Shown in pieces: positions 19,087 to 34,600 of a DNA stretch of 64,000 bases. Positions within the stretch are counted from its first letter, which is position 1; each line of letters opens with the position of its first letter. The position numbers and the translations under genes were made by a program. Source of the stretch: Thalia democratica. Lineage: Eukaryota. The notes under the pieces were generated by a model that did not search any database, had not been told where the DNA came from, and saw nothing but the letters and a program-made list of their open reading frames with translations. Location of the stretch: positions 48,050,001 to 48,114,000 of the forward strand of contig OZ241830.1 in NCBI GenBank assembly GCA_965202585.1, in the 5' to 3' direction.

Positions 19087-20329
19087 ATACATATTATTTT
19101 ATAAACAAATATACTCCTGGAAACAATTCGGTATCTAGTTTTTAAGTTTTCGTCTGAAAACAATTGAATTAAAAAAACTTTGATTGTTTTAACATTTAGT
19201 AGACCTTTTATTATATAGGATAAAAGTTTGAAAAACATTTTTTCTAAGTTTTAACATGAGTAAGCTTTTAGGTCCAAAAGTCTTAAAAACTCAAAATTAA
19301 AAAAAAGTACTTTTAACCTATGGTGCATGAAATAGATAGTTAGATTCAATCTGAAAGAAAAGTTTAAAGTTTGTAGATACAAACCATTTACAAGAACAAC
19401 TTTTAGCAATAACATGAAGGTAAATATTAGGAAGTGTCTTGTTTTAAGTATAGAAAGAAACATAATAGATTATTAAATAAAAAGTATAAAAACAAAAAAA
19501 AACTAGCTTTACTTTGGACTCTTTAAAATCGTGGTTTTGTCATTTCTTTGTAAATAACTATGATATTTTTTTTTTATTTGTAGTATTTCCTATAGGTGTA
19601 AATTCTTTTATTCTTTAAATTTTTCTAGAAGTACTACAATAAAAAAAATGTAAATGATAAATCTAAACGTGATTTGAGTAGGTAAAACTATACATTCATA
19701 AAGTTAAGATGCTTTTAACATTACATTGTGAATAAAAAACAAGTTATCGGCTCTACAACTTTAATTTAGAATCATTTCCAAAAAAAAACTTTTCAAAAAA
19801 TAACTGACTTTAATTCGTTTTTTTTTTAATTTTCCGTTAATCAGTATAAATTGTTTTTACTTAACGTTAACAGGCTTTAAACTAATTTCGTTTAAATTTT
19901 TTTTTACAGTATTTGACCTTAAAATGTTTGCTTAACTTGGATCCATTTTTTTTCTCAAATTCATATTCCAGTTAGTTCAAATATTGGGTTAGAATTAAAA
20001 CCTCTATATACTATCAGATCTACATAGAATCATTATTTGTTTGTAGTTTGTATTCTTCAAACATTATTAGCTTTTAATTAAATACATAACAAGTATAAAA
20101 CACTATCTTAAGTTTTTTGTGACAGTTTAATACGTTTACTACTTTTTTTTATCTTATGTATTTCTCTATTTTTCATCAGAAACTTACAGTAGAACAGAAC
20201 ATAAAATTATTGATAGTTTTTTTTTCCCAAAAGAGTCTCTAGACTAACAAAGTAATTAGCGCAATAGATAATCAGTGTAAAGTATTCATTAGTTAAACTA
20301 TATACTATTAACGGAAACAAAATGGATAA

Positions 20330-21000
20330 TTTATCTATTTAAAGACACTTTGTAAACAAATTCTTCAGTTTGCACAATCCTGGTTTCTTTAAAAATGTAG
20401 AGATAACATCTAACTTAACAAGATCAAAAACTCTATGACAATGATGAATTATTTTAAATCTATATATCTCATATTTCCTAACAGAATTTCTATTATTAAT
20501 AAAATGTTCTGCAACTGAATATATTTTACCTGCGTTTTTGGTTGCCGTTATCTTAATTTCAGGATTTTTTTTCAATAAATTTCAACACGCAAGCAGGTAA
20601 ATATTCATTTATTCTAGTTTTGAAATGCCTTGAAGTTTGACTGATATAGTTTCTTTCGCAGAAGCAATTAAATTTGTATACTACACAACTTTTGTTTATA
20701 TACGGATCCTTCAACTGCACTTTAAATAAAAGTTTAGAGAGAAATATAATTCTTGGAATAATTTGATTGTAAGTTTTTTGTTAAATTTTTTACTTTACTA
20801 TCAAATACATGTGATATTACTCCAATATATGGTAGTTTCAAAACTGCTGGGAACTTTTCCGGTCCATATATCTTAGGTTTGTTAAGGTTATTGTCATGTG
20901 ATTTTATAACCCTCTTAATCAAATCTGGTGGGTATCCATTTTTAATTGAAATATCTTTTATTCTCTCCACCTCAAAATGAAGGAGTTCTTTAGAACAAAT
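20330..21000 (-). mobile_element. Penelope-like element fragment (RT C-terminal domain and GIY-YIG), disrupted
   Basis: NGYP...LKLPYIG, then VVYKFNCFCERNYISQTSRHFKTRINE, then SVAEH...KKPGLC, spread over broken frames. Confidence 0.8.
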
Positions 21001-24000
21001 CTTGTAGGCTCTATGGTATAGTGTTTTTATTAAGTTTGCTTTTCGTTTCTGACTACTTTTTGTACAAAAAGTATTTTTCTTTTGTATTTCAATGTTTTAG
21101 TAATTGTTACGAAGTAGAAACTTCTAATTTTCTAAAACGCACTACATCTATTTTCAACATTAAAACTCTTTTTAAAGGTGAATATAGATATTTTTTTACC
21201 AAAACATTTAAAAAACAAGTAAAGATAAGTTGTAATAATGGTATTATGAACAATATAGACTTAGATTGTATTAAAAGCTTAAAACTTGGATAACCTTTTA
21301 AATTCAAATGTCTTTGATATTTTTCTATCTTTTTATTTTGAGTAAGTAGTATTGTTTAGTATAAAAATATTAAAGATTGTAATACAAAGTAGCAAAGAAA
21401 AACTTTTAGTAAAGCAGTTATTACAACGATTTCAAAAATGACTTGTTTGAGATATAGATAAAGGAGCAAGTGCTAAAATAACTTTTTTTTTGTGATTTTA
21501 AGAAGTGAGGTTTTATATTTTATATCTAACATTTTGTAGATGTAACTTCTTTGTTTTGTATTTTTATACTTTTAAAATTAAATTTTATTTTCTTAAATAT
21601 ATTTTTGGAAATCTGTACCAAAATAGAAAATGCATTTGTCTTACTTTAATATTTTTAAAGTTAATTTTTTTGACGTAGAAATGATATGAGAAAGTAAAAA
21701 AACTAAATTTTTATAAAGTTTAAATATTTTGAACTTACATAGTATATAAAATGTAACTTATCACCTCAACTTTTTAATCTAAAAGTATTTCAACAAAAAT
21801 GTTATAGTTAGAAAATAAAACAACTAACTATTGTTCAATTTTTCTTTAAAATTCATTGTTTTATTTAATTTACTTGAATAAGCTTCAAGATGATTTGTTT
21901 TTCTTTAATATTTTTCAGAGTATTAAACGTTTCTATTTTCTTTTGGTATTCTTTCAGTTCTAAAACTTTTAACTTTTTCAGATATCATCAAAACTTCGTG
22001 AGTACAAAGTTTGCTAAAAATCGTCTTGCTTAAGCTGAATTCAATATTTCGTATGAACCAAATTTCTGAGTAGTTTTACATATATACAAATTCTTCACAA
22101 GTTTGTAATTCAGATTATTTGACAATTATATTGATTAATTGAAAGTTTATTAATCAAAATTACTAATATCCTTAATTACTGTAAATTTAGTTATAATTAG
22201 ATTTTTTTGTTAGCGATATATTAACTTATAGAATTTCATAAAAGTAATCAAAATTTCACAAATCCAGGTTTAAATAGCTAGTTATATCAGTTTAGAATTA
22301 TCCTGATCATTTACAAACCAATACAACTGAATAATTTTTTAATATTGAATAGTTAAATGTAGAATACCTCGTTAGTACTTTCTATGTTATAATGTTAAAC
22401 ACAAGTTTACATAAATATAATTTGTCTAAAAATAAAGGTTGCTAGAATATATATGTATTTAAACTTTAGATTTTGTAGTTAGTTTACTTTTATATATAAA
22501 AATAATAAATATTAATATAAACTTAAACTGTATAAATTTTAGAAAATTAAGCAAAAAAAACCTTATTAAGTTAACTATATTGTTAATTTAAAGCTAACTC
22601 ATCTCCAATTTTTGTAACTTCATGTTTATTAAACGAGAAAAAGACGCTCAAAATATTTGGTCCTAGGACCTGGTGCACGAAGAAACCTTCGGTTATTGAA
22701 GTCGCACACCACGAATACATTTTAAGGTCTTGCCCAGGGCTGTCATGTAATTATACACAGGAGTGACAGAAATGTAGAATTTAGACACATCACAATTTAC
22801 ACTCGTTTCTAGAATCTTTACTATAGCTTTCTGCACAACTACGATTTTTCAAACGTTTTTTATCAAAAATTTATTTCCTACTGTTTTATTTTTACTTTCA
22901 AACATTAATTGAAATTATCTTAGTTTTTGGTTAGTCTATATAAACTCTAAAAACTGTTCTATAAACTAAAAGCTGTTTGAATCGTTAAGATGTACAAAAC
23001 TTAACTAGAACTTGCTTTGTACAATAAAAAAGTCTACTACCTTCATTATAAAATGTTTATTGAATGCAAAAAATGTATTAAAGAAGCATTTAAAGTTTAA
23101 ATATTTCTTTTTATACACATGTTTTTCATTTAACAACCATTTCTATAGAAGTTTATAGATTGTTTGAATTTTAAACTATTATGTATTAAGCAAAATACTT
23201 ACTTTGTTTAGTTAATTCTATTTCTCTATAATTTTTTCCATATTAATTTGTTTAGTTTTGCAAACTTTGTAAAACAATTCCATCTTGACCTTTTACTAAG
23301 TTGAAGTTTTTTTTGTCCAACTACCATTTAAAGAAGTTGTATTTTAAACAAAACAACTTATTATGACAAAAAGTAACTAACTCTAACTGCCTGAACTTTA
23401 CGTCATAAGTAGTTTAAACTACAAACTTTATTTAATAAATTTAATTATTTCATGTAACTTTTGTGCAATTTATCTTAAATTTACACAAGTTTTATTTCAG
23501 TATGTCAGGGGTCGGCAACACGTGGACGTTTTTGTGAACGACACAAAAAATTAAGCGTTCAAAAATTTTGGTTTAAAGACCTGTTGTACAAAAAACCTTT
23601 CGGTTACCTAGTCGTACACCACGGATACAGTTTAATGTCTTGTCCAGGATACAGTTTGATATGCTCGCTTTTAATATTGGATTTGTATTTGTTAGGTCAT
23701 AACTTCACTTCTGGTTCCTTTAATTTTTGTTTATTAATTTTTTATACATTATAAACTATTTTAATGTATCATACAATTGTATTTTTACTTATAGGTTTGT
23801 GTTTTTAATTTCAAAGTATAAAAAAAAAAGCTTTTTGAACTAAGTGTTTTTCGACTAAAAAGTGCGTACCATAACGACAGTTCGTACCTAGGAAGTGCGT
23901 ACCTAGGTGGCAGGTTACTGTATACAGTATAAAATTTGTTATATAAAAAGTGCATTAGATAATTCAGGAGTCGGCAGGCGTCTGGTAGTCGCGGACCAAA

Positions 24001-26630
24001 TTTAAAAAATAAAAATCTTCGCAGGCGGCAGTTTCAGTTACAACGTGACCTTATTTTTACTCTGAAAATAATTAATATCAAAAAATACTTCGTGACTTTT
24101 TTTTCTCTTTATATATTTTTTTTCACCAAAGTACAACATAACATAGTAAGTAACTAAATTTTCAACTTGGGGGCACTGAATATTGTTTTTGCAGTTTGGT
24201 GTGCACAGATTTCGACTATCTTGAAGACCACTTGTTTATCCATTATAATAATACACAACTATAAATCCTTACTATTTTATTATACATAAACAAAATAGAA
24301 ACACTTTTCGACCACGCTCATCAGTATTTAGTTCTTGTATAAAATTACTGTAATAACATTAACTTAAAAAACTGAGAATTTGAGCATTTGAAAAAAAATA
24401 ATAAAAAAGTAACACAGTTATAATAGTAAAAAAATTAAGTATATGTATAATTAATAATATAGAATTGTAACACAACCATAATAATTAAGTAAATAGAGCA
24501 TGAAATTAAATAATCCAAGTTTAACGAAGTAAACAATATGGTCGAATAAATAATTTCTTTTGTTTGCACTGCTCTGGTTTTAGGCTTAAGATAAAAACTA
24601 CCTCTGGAGTTTTTAGATGAAAATCATTACGAGCTCTTGATGTTATCTTTAATTACCCAAACTTTAATCTACAAAGCATTTTGAATTGTCAATCAAATGT
24701 TGACTAATCGCTGAACTACAATTTATTTTTGTAATTTACTAACTTTCTTTTCCTTGTTTGATACACTAATCTTGTTTAATAAACTCTTAAGTAGATGTTG
24801 ATTAGATGTTGCTGGTTAAAGCCACGTATGTTTGTTCACAAAAACATATAAATTTGTAGATATATGTAATAATATGTTATGTTGAAAAAAATGTTATTTT
24901 TCAGATAGTTTTGAAGAATAGAAAATTTCGCTGTAGGTAGTTTTTTATCGAAATTAATGAATCGTTCGACTTGTTATAAAATTAAAGACTACTAGTGATG
25001 TTAATGTTAAAGATAAATTAGAGCTCCTTAATATTTTAGTTGTAAATTCTTTAGAATTGTATATTTCTTTTCGACGTGAATTTTTTTTCTAAAAACTCAA
25101 AACAAATGTCAATTTTTCTACCGTACAAAGTTTTTGTCACTATAAAACAATTGATACGTAAAAATAAATAATAATAAATAAATTTTGTTGTTATAAAAAT
25201 GATCGCCAGTTGTGCGTTATTAAAAATAACTTTATAAAAATCTAGTCGTTTTTGCACTCACTCAGTCCTCAACTTGTGCACAAAGCAAACCACATTTAAG
25301 ACTGTTTCTGACATTCAATAAGATCGTTTATATTTTGTAGAATTTATTTGTTTTATTTATTTTTCGCACTATTGTTTGTTCTACAGATGGATTAGATGTT
25401 TTGTCATTTATTAATATATTAACTTCATTAAAATTTATTTATAACTTACGTATGTAAATTTACTAATTACTAAGCTTACTTAATGAGTCAAGGAAAACCA
25501 GGTAATATATTTTCAACTTTAGTAAAACGTATTTTAACGCCAGGTTTAAAAAGATCAAGGGGCCTAGCCGATAAGAGAGAAGTGGGTAGGTCTAGCTCAC
25601 TATAGCTTTTACTCACTACCCACTAACACTTATGTGCAAATCTCTATAACAAATAGGTATACTCAAAATTCCAACCCGATGTTTTTTTTTCTATCACTTT
25701 TACCCCTAACCCTTGGTCGGTAAGCGGTTCTCGGACTTAATCGGAAGTGAATTGTGCGCGGTTGGAACTGAGAGGTTACTAATAAATAATAGTAGTACGG
25801 TATCAAAGACCCTATATTCTAGTATATATATAGTACCTCTGCAGCATACCCTCTGCTTTAAAAAACTCTGAAAACTTTTCTTCAGGAACAAAAGTTTTAT
25901 CAACGATTAGGAAAGACTTTTTATATTAAAATTCTAAAAGCTTTTATTAAATTTGACTTATTCATTGTTTGAACGCATAAGTCAACTCCAAGATAAACTG
26001 CTGCATTGGTAAGCTTAAGCTACGTTTGCTGTTAATTGTACCTGTATTGCAGTTTACTGCTGTACGGTAGCACGAGGTGAACCTTGTGAAAAAGCAGAAA
26101 ATAAATATCAACATCTACCACCAATATCTTCTTTTATCCTCATAACCAGATGAGAACAGATGGTTAACAACAAAAAATACTAAATGTATTGATTTAACCA
26201 TCGTGCAGAGTTGCCATTTATGCTTGAATTTTAGGGTCAAATGAAACTTGTTTCAAAAGCAGAGCCGTTATAAACGAAACTTCCTTTAATCTTTCAGTAA
26301 TAAATAATTTACATTTTACTTATAAATACTAGATGTATGATGATTTGAAATTTAGTTAAACATAGCCTTGAAATTAGCCTTAAATTCTTGAAATTGACAT
26401 AGAATCAAGTTATGACAACTATTTTTACTAGATTTTTTTTTTAATTTTACACTTGAATAAAATTTTATTTATAATAATGTCAATTTTTAGCGATAATTCT
26501 CTGTTGAACAATAAAATTAAATAAGCTTTTCGAACTTTCAAGATGAGTGATTTATATATAAACTTCCTAATATTTTGTTTTCTGAACATTTAAAGAAATA
26601 GTCGGTAAAAACAAGAACACTTAGTTTTAA

Positions 26631-27288
26631 GGGTATAGGGGATGGAGTTGCAAAACTTTTTATTTCAAATTTATTATTTTTTGCATAATTAGATAAGCTC
26701 CTTGTTACTTTTTACCGCTTGTTAAAACTTAAAGTAACTTTTGAGATATAAGCGATCAAAACTAGAGCCTCCAATAAGTTCTTTACACAATGAATAAACT
26801 AAAAGGGCAAAAAAAGACTATTTTATTAAAATTTATCTCCTCCTTCAGTTTTTGAGCAATTGTTTTAAAACTTTCTCAGAGTAATCTTTAATAAAATTTT
26901 AACAACTTGTAGAAAACAGATTTTTTAATTTCTGTAAAAAAAAACTCATAAACAATTTTTTTTTGGTCATAAATATTTTTATGACTTTTTCAAAAATCCG
27001 CTTCCTACAAGTTGTTTGTATATTGAAAAGTACACTTCCTGAAAATTTATATTAAACGCTTTAAAAATGAAGGAAAAGATAGATTTTTAGTAAATTTTTA
27101 AAATCGGCCTTGAAAATTTTCGATTCCATACGATTGTATTGGAACTTTTTCACAAAACTTGTTATATCTCGAAAATTAATTGAATTTTATTTATACTATG
27201 AAAATTATCTTGTAGTATATACTCTGAGCTTCAAAATAAGTGCCAATGTTAACTTTTGAAAAAAAAATTATGGTAATCCCCTATGCCC
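26631..27288. mobile_element. TTAA-flanked MITE, Kolobok-type
   Basis: TTAA|GGGTATAGGGGA...TCCCCTATGCCC|TTAA. A TTAA TSD with RR...YY termini is characteristic of Kolobok. The interior is related to the other copies below. Confidence 0.7.
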
Positions 27289-28623
27289 TTAATTTTAAAG
27301 ACTTTGTAAACCAATTTAAAAGTTTTCAGTCAAACCTTGCATCTTGTGACATGAGTTATCTTAATCCTTTATTATTTTTCAAAGAAAAATCTTAAATGGG
27401 ACGACATAAGGATGTTTATTTTTTGATTGGAAACTTGAAAGATATATACTTAGTAACAAAGTTTTATTATTTTGTACACCAAAAAGTGCTAAGCTTTAAG
27501 CTAAAGAACAAATAGAGCTATGAAACATATAGTTTTTTGTAAATATGTATACATAAAATTATAAGATGTAACGTTAAAAGGCGTTAAATCCTGGAGATCC
27601 TGATAAGCCAAGCTTATCAGAATAAATACCAGTATTTGTAAATAACTACTATTTATAAATACCTTATCGGAATAAATTTTTTGTAGACAATTTTATAATT
27701 TTATGTTTTTATCCCAAACTTTGTTTTTAAACCATAAAGTTCATTTATAGTTACTACCTACATAAACACTATACATAATTATACATGCTTTTTCTGCTTT
27801 TTTTCTAATGTGTGTTAATATTTTATAGACTTCGTAGATCTGTTCATAAATTTATTTGAGAGCAGTGAAACGCCGTTAGTTGAAATAAAGTTTTAGCACA
27901 AGAACATCTGTGGTATACATAAAATTATAAATATTTACATCAAATTAAATACAGATGTTTTTATTTATGATTTACACATTTCCTTGATGATCCAGTCTAA
28001 CTAATTGACATTGTAATAGAAAAATCAATAGCTTTGTAATACTTTTTTGGTTTTGTAAATTATAGAAAAACTTTATATAAATTAATAATAGTAGCATTGA
28101 ATAAATTACTAATAATGCATAGAGAGCAGTTAGAAAACATTTGATTAACATAATTTTGAAGTTATACAATAACTTAACTGTAAAGAAGTAGTCATTTTGA
28201 ATAATGTTTATTAGTGAAAATTATACAAAAATATTGCACTATAAATGATTGCTTTACTTTATACTGAAACTAATACTGTTTCCAACTTTTGAAGTATGCT
28301 TTTTAATTATTTTAAAAGGTAATACTGAAAATTAGAAGAAAGACGTCAATATAAACTATTAGAACAAAGTTAAGCTTGTGTAATTAAATTACTTAGCACA
28401 ACTTACTTAGTTTATATTGTACTTTTATATTTAAAAATATATACAAATAAATACATCTTTGAGTTTGAAAAAATTTGTAAGTTACTATTAGATTTTAAGT
28501 GTTGTAACTTTATAAACTTTTTAGTTCTTAAATAAGATTTAATATGATTATCGAAATTTACCATAAATAATGAAATTAAAAACAAGTACAACAAAAGAAA
28601 CAGAAATTTAAACAAATAATGGT

Positions 28624-31600
28624 TTAGGCAGTAGAGTACGACTTAACTGAACTACTTTCTTCTTCAATATTGACATGGGCTTCGTATCCCTCAGACTTTT
28701 TGCCACTTATGCATTCCTATAAAATAATTTCGCATACTCTATAATAAATGCAGTTTGAAAATAATAAAAACTAGTTATAAAAAAAAATTCATAATTAAAA
28801 TTATGTATAATTTACTTATATTTTGCACAAAAAATTATTAAAAAAAGTATTACACTATTTTCAAAGCAATTATTTAAACTACTTTCTATTCTTATTGGAA
28901 GATAATTTCACTTTTGAAGATATCAAAGTAATTGTATAACAAAAATAATAATAATAATAATTTATATAATAGCAAAAACTATAATTTTAAATAAGCGTGC
29001 TACTTTTTTTTGAAGTATTTTTATAAAATTGTAGATAAATACATCATATTCAAGATAAAAATTACTTTAATTTCATTTTAGTTCTTATGGAAGCAGCTAA
29101 ACGAGTAAGCAACACAAACCTTGCAAGTAATGTTTATTAAGACGATCAGAATGATAAATATACCGAGTCCGAGGGCGACAAATTGCAAAGAGTTGATAAT
29201 GCTTATACTCCTTACAACTTCCGATTTGAACATATCACTACTGTTTTCGTCTAAATACACGCTCTGTTTTACATTTTGCTTAACGTAATACTAAAAAAGC
29301 TAAGAGAACTAATGTTTGAAGTATCAAGACAAACTAAACATTTACAAATTATGGTTTAAAGTACTTTTAACTTGGAGAAACTACAGAGAACATCTTAAAA
29401 GTATTTGATTAAAAAATATCTTTATTGCAAAAATACATTCTTCGTTTTGAAATTACTTTAAAAAAATCTAATTAAAAACAACTGATCATAACTCAAATTC
29501 CGTTTACTAAAATTACAATTAGTAAACAAGTGCTTGACTAATATATTATTACTTAATTAAACTGCGTTTACTTTTTTAAATACCAAAAAAAAACTATTTA
29601 AAAATAATAAAAAAAAATTAAAATGATAAATTTTGCTACATTCATTGCTATTCGTGATTAAAAAATTTAAGGAGAGTAGTGAAATTTTTATTTTATATAT
29701 AGTTTAGAACCATAACCTTATGTACTAAATAAAAATTCTAAATTATATTTTTAGTAGTAAAAATAACAAGTAATTGGTAAAAAAAAAAAAAACAAAAAAA
29801 AAACTTGAATACACAATTTTTGAAGTAGCGTAAACATAACGAGTGAAATTTCTTTCATGATCAAAGTTCAATGAAAACTGAACAACTTGGTTTAAGAATA
29901 ATTCCAATTGAAGAGCATATAACAATAAATTACAAAATATTGTACTAAAATAAATAACAGAAAAACAGACAAATTGCTTATAAACCTACATACGAGTGGT
30001 TATTGTGACGCATATATACAAAACATGATAACCTAAACTGATAACTTGTTTAAAACAAGATTTCAGATTTACATATTTTACGCAAATAATCGCTTTTTAT
30101 CAGGTATAAAACTAACTAAAAAAAATAAATACTATAAAGATTAAGATGCCTAATCCCAAACTTTAAAAAAAATTACAGACATTTTTAACTAAGACATGTT
30201 TCTTAACATTACTAAAACAAATGGCTATTTTCGCTACTTTACTTCAATAAAATCTAAGTGAAAAAAAACTTTGCTTACTTTTCAAAGTTAAGTTAAAGTA
30301 AACTCATTAGAAATTATGCCAACTACAATTTCTAATCCAAAATATTTTGGAAAAATATCTAAAACTATTTAAACTTTCGGAACGCATATTTACATAGTTA
30401 TTTTCGCACTAATCATTTTTAAATTTAGTATTTATAAGAAGCAAACTTATAATTTTTACAAATATACTATAGCTATTTAAATAATATGATAAAAAAGTAT
30501 TTTATTCATAAATTTTATACTACATAGTTACTTTCACAAATTCTAACGAGTATATTATGATCGAACCTTTTATTTTAAAACATTATTGTTAAGTTTTAGG
30601 TTAAAAATTGAAACAAAAAAAAAATTAGAAAAATAAAGTTAGAAAAATTTAGTTATAAAAAATTTGTGAAGCATGACAAACAAAATATAATTCATTATAT
30701 ACTATAACTATACAAAAACTAATTTTAATTTTAAACTATTGGATAAAAAAATATTATGTAAATGGTATAAACTTTATTTGCTGACTAATTTTCAGCTGGA
30801 CTTAAAACAAAGGAACAAAGGTAGTTTCATGCTCCAAATACATCTTATTACAAAGTTACTAATTCTTAGTTATATTTTACTTTATATACACGTAGAGCTA
30901 ACCTCATTTAACCAAGCAATGGGGAAAATAGTTTCATTAAGATTCTTCAAGTCATTAAAAGTTTTGCTAGGTTTAAGCCTGATATTCATTTGGAGTCTCT
31001 TGTTAGCTCGAAAAACCGCACCGCTCATCTATATTTAATCACATAAATAAACAAAATAAGCAAGCATGTGAGTTAATATTTGCAATGAGTAGTTGTTTAT
31101 TTAGTTGACAGAAAAATTGCATTTAGAAGTTTAAAATTTAGAAATTTAGAAAAATTCAACTTTATACATATTACAAAAAGAATTTTAAAATATATTTTTT
31201 GAAAAATGATTAAAATTTAAATGTAACAACTTATAAAACTATGAGTTTGGTTAACAAAACTTTTTTTTATGTAATAAATTATTTTAATTATACCTTAAAA
31301 ATAAAGTTCTGGTAATAAAAAGCTCTATCAAAAATTTTTAATATATATATGAGATTTGTTTTGTTTCATTTACATATAATTTTTTGACATAACGATTTGA
31401 TAATAAAATAACTATATTATAATTACATTGTAATATCAATGAAATCAACTTTGTTAAATACTAAAATTTAAATTTGTTAAACCATTTTTATCTTCGTTCG
31501 ATATTTTAATTTAGTATACTAGTAATAAAAACAACATGCCGGTTCAATGTCAAGATAAGTTTGGTGTATTAGAGGTTGTGGACTCATACCTTCAACAGCT

Positions 31601-34600
31601 TGCACATAGATTGGATCAGCCATATAAAAATGAGGGCACGATGTAACGACGGGTGCTCCATCCTTGCATGTTGCTATTTCCAATACACCGTCTAACAAGC
31701 AGTCTTCTGTAGTTAATCATATAAAAAATTAAATGTTTAGCATTTACTTTTCTACTAAAACAAAATATGTAATAATTTTTGACAGATTCAGCAACAAGTT
31801 TTATACTATTCTATACCTAAAGTAAATTATAATATTCAACAAAATTCTATGCAAGGCTTCAACTAGCCAGGGTAATTTAAGCAAAATCCTCTATTTGCAT
31901 CATTCTTTTTTGGAGACTGAAACACTTCAGGTGGGACTTTAAACCTCCAAGTTTTTATTCCTCTTACTTCAGTTTCTTTGTCAAAAGTTACGTAAATGGA
32001 TCTTAAAAAAATAAATAATAAGTACCTAACTTACATAACAGTGAAAAAGTTAATTATTAAGTACTTCTCTGTGTTTTAATCACTACACAATAAAATACGA
32101 TTAAACAACTTTTATTGTCGGCAGATATACCAGATATAGTTTTTCGCAGGCTTGGTAACTTAGAAATATTGCAATTAAAAATAAGAAAACATTTTAAACC
32201 TAATTGTTATAAAATTATATTTCAATGAATATTACTGAGTATACGTCGCTGGCTAGATATTCTACTTGTCTGCCCTATCGGGTTGGATAAAAGACCCCTA
32301 CCATAAAACATAGTTTATAAAACAACGGTTTTTTGGATTCTTCTTATTTCAATATCATTTATTTTAACTTGCTATCTAGAAAGTATTTCATCATAAACAC
32401 TTACCGACAAATATCACTGTTATAGATATATAAGGTAGAATTTTTTGTTATACCAGAATTCATAAAAACTCCATCTGTTAAAAGCATTGATTATGTATAA
32501 GTTTAAAATAAATAATTTTAAAAATGTTTTATAAAAATTTATAGTTATGTCACTGTCAAAAATCTGATCAGTTAAAAACTTAAATACGGTTTTATTTAAT
32601 AAAAAATAAGGTATATATAAAATTCATACAGTTGGCAAAACAAAGATTATAAACATGCTTTTCGTAAGCTACAAAAATATATTAACTTATTCTATGCTTG
32701 TTTAGCTTTAAATTCTTTTAATACGTCTAAACAGTAAAACAAATTAAACCTGTGCCATTAATCATGTTGGTTTCATTAGTTCCCCACCAATTAAGTTTTC
32801 TAAGGAAAATAAATTAAACATGTTTAATCTTTAACTTAACAACTACAATACAAATACTTTTCATTTTTCAATAAACTTTAGCACTAGTAAAAATTTATTA
32901 TTTAAATTTTCTAAATAACCTAGCTGATTAAAGCACGTTCTAGTTGTTTAAGTGTTTTAATTGCTCTATAAAACATTTTTGTCTAGATCAGAAAATTGAA
33001 AGCAGGTGCAGTTTTTTTTTATTTTAATCATTAAGATTTTAATATTTATAACAAGAACGTTAAACTTTAATACAAGGTTTCCCAAAGTGGGCCATTAGCA
33101 GCAAAGGGGCCAAAGGGGGGCAAGTGCAGTTGAGGAGCCACAAGGAGGCCATGAGGTCATAATTTGAAACTTACACTTGATATTCTGGAGTTGTTGGTGA
33201 AGAGAAAAAAAAGGTCTTAAGTGTTATTAATGGTAGTATTTTGAGTAATTTTTATAAGAGGCCATAGCTTTTTTAAATTCTTAAAAGAGGGTCATTTGAA
33301 AAAAAGTTTAAGAAAACCTGCTCTATTACAACTATGACTAACTTATTTTAAAAACAACCTTCTAACTATAATTTCAATTGAAACTTTAAAACAGATAGTT
33401 AGCAATATGTTTGTAACATAAATTTTCAGACTAATGATTTAATGTTGTTCCTTTTAAGGCCATAGAGAGGTTAACCATGTTTTTTACAAGTTGATCTTAT
33501 TTTACAGAGTTGCTTCTAGGCTTCAAAATGTTTTTTATCGTTTTAAAAAATTCAAATTATTTTTTGAGATATGACCAGGTCGGGCCGCATTATAGGTTCC
33601 CTATGGGGAGGAAAAACTAAAACAGCGAAAAAATACTACTTTATTTAAAATCTATCTCCTCCTACATTTTTCAAGCAATCTTCTTCAAACTTTTACAGTT
33701 TAATCTTTATACAATAAACAAAAACGTTACTTTGGACTTTAAAAAAGACTTTTTTTACATAAAATTTTATTTTTTTAAATTATTAAAATTCATAAACAAC
33801 GTTTTTTTTTTAATATAAGGAACACTTCCTGAAAATCTCAAGAAGATTACTTGAAATATGAAGGAGGAGATAGATTTTTAGTTATTTTAAAAATATCCGA
33901 GAAAATTGACCCCGAAAAACTTGCGGTCCATACGTTTGTATCGGAAACTTCTTACAAAAGATAAATATCTCAAAATTTAAATGATATTTTTGAATTCTAT
34001 AAAAACTGGCTTGTAGTTTGTACTTAAAGCTTTCACATAAAAGCCTAAGTTAATTTTTGTAAAAAAAAAGTGTTTTACCCCCCATTATGGCCTTAATAAG
34101 CTTTAAGTTGTATAAACGCATTTCATGTTTTTACACAAAATAAAACACTTTATTTTAACTCCGGACTTATTTTAAGAATATTACTTACTTAATTTAGTTT
34201 AAGGTTAGAAAGCAAATTTGCAAGTAAATTTTCTAGATCAAAGATCAACATTTACAAAAATCTTACAAAAGCACAGGCAGTTTTGTAATTAAATTTCACT
34301 ATAACATTTTATAAACAACAATATAAAAGTTTGCACATTGACTCATTCAGCAACAAATTTTAAACAAGCATCAACTTGTAATATAACTTTTTCTTGATAA
34401 TATACACTTTAATAATTAGTTCAAACTAAGGCACGTTTTGGTTTAAACTGTTGCAAATGTAGATGACTTTGGCTTGCATGTTTAATAAACTTATCATAAA
34501 TAATGCTGATTACAAACATTATATCTAAAAATCATGCAACTTTCAATGAATTAAGGAACATTAAGTAACACATAAAAGTGTTACGTACAATACAACACTC

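Noticed and set aside
25540-25900. GC-richer island containing CCCCTAACCCT after a T-tract (telomerase-RNA-template-like)
   Set aside because: Only an 8-nt template-like match; no pseudoknot or H/ACA features were identifiable. More likely a TE remnant. An Infernal search would settle it.
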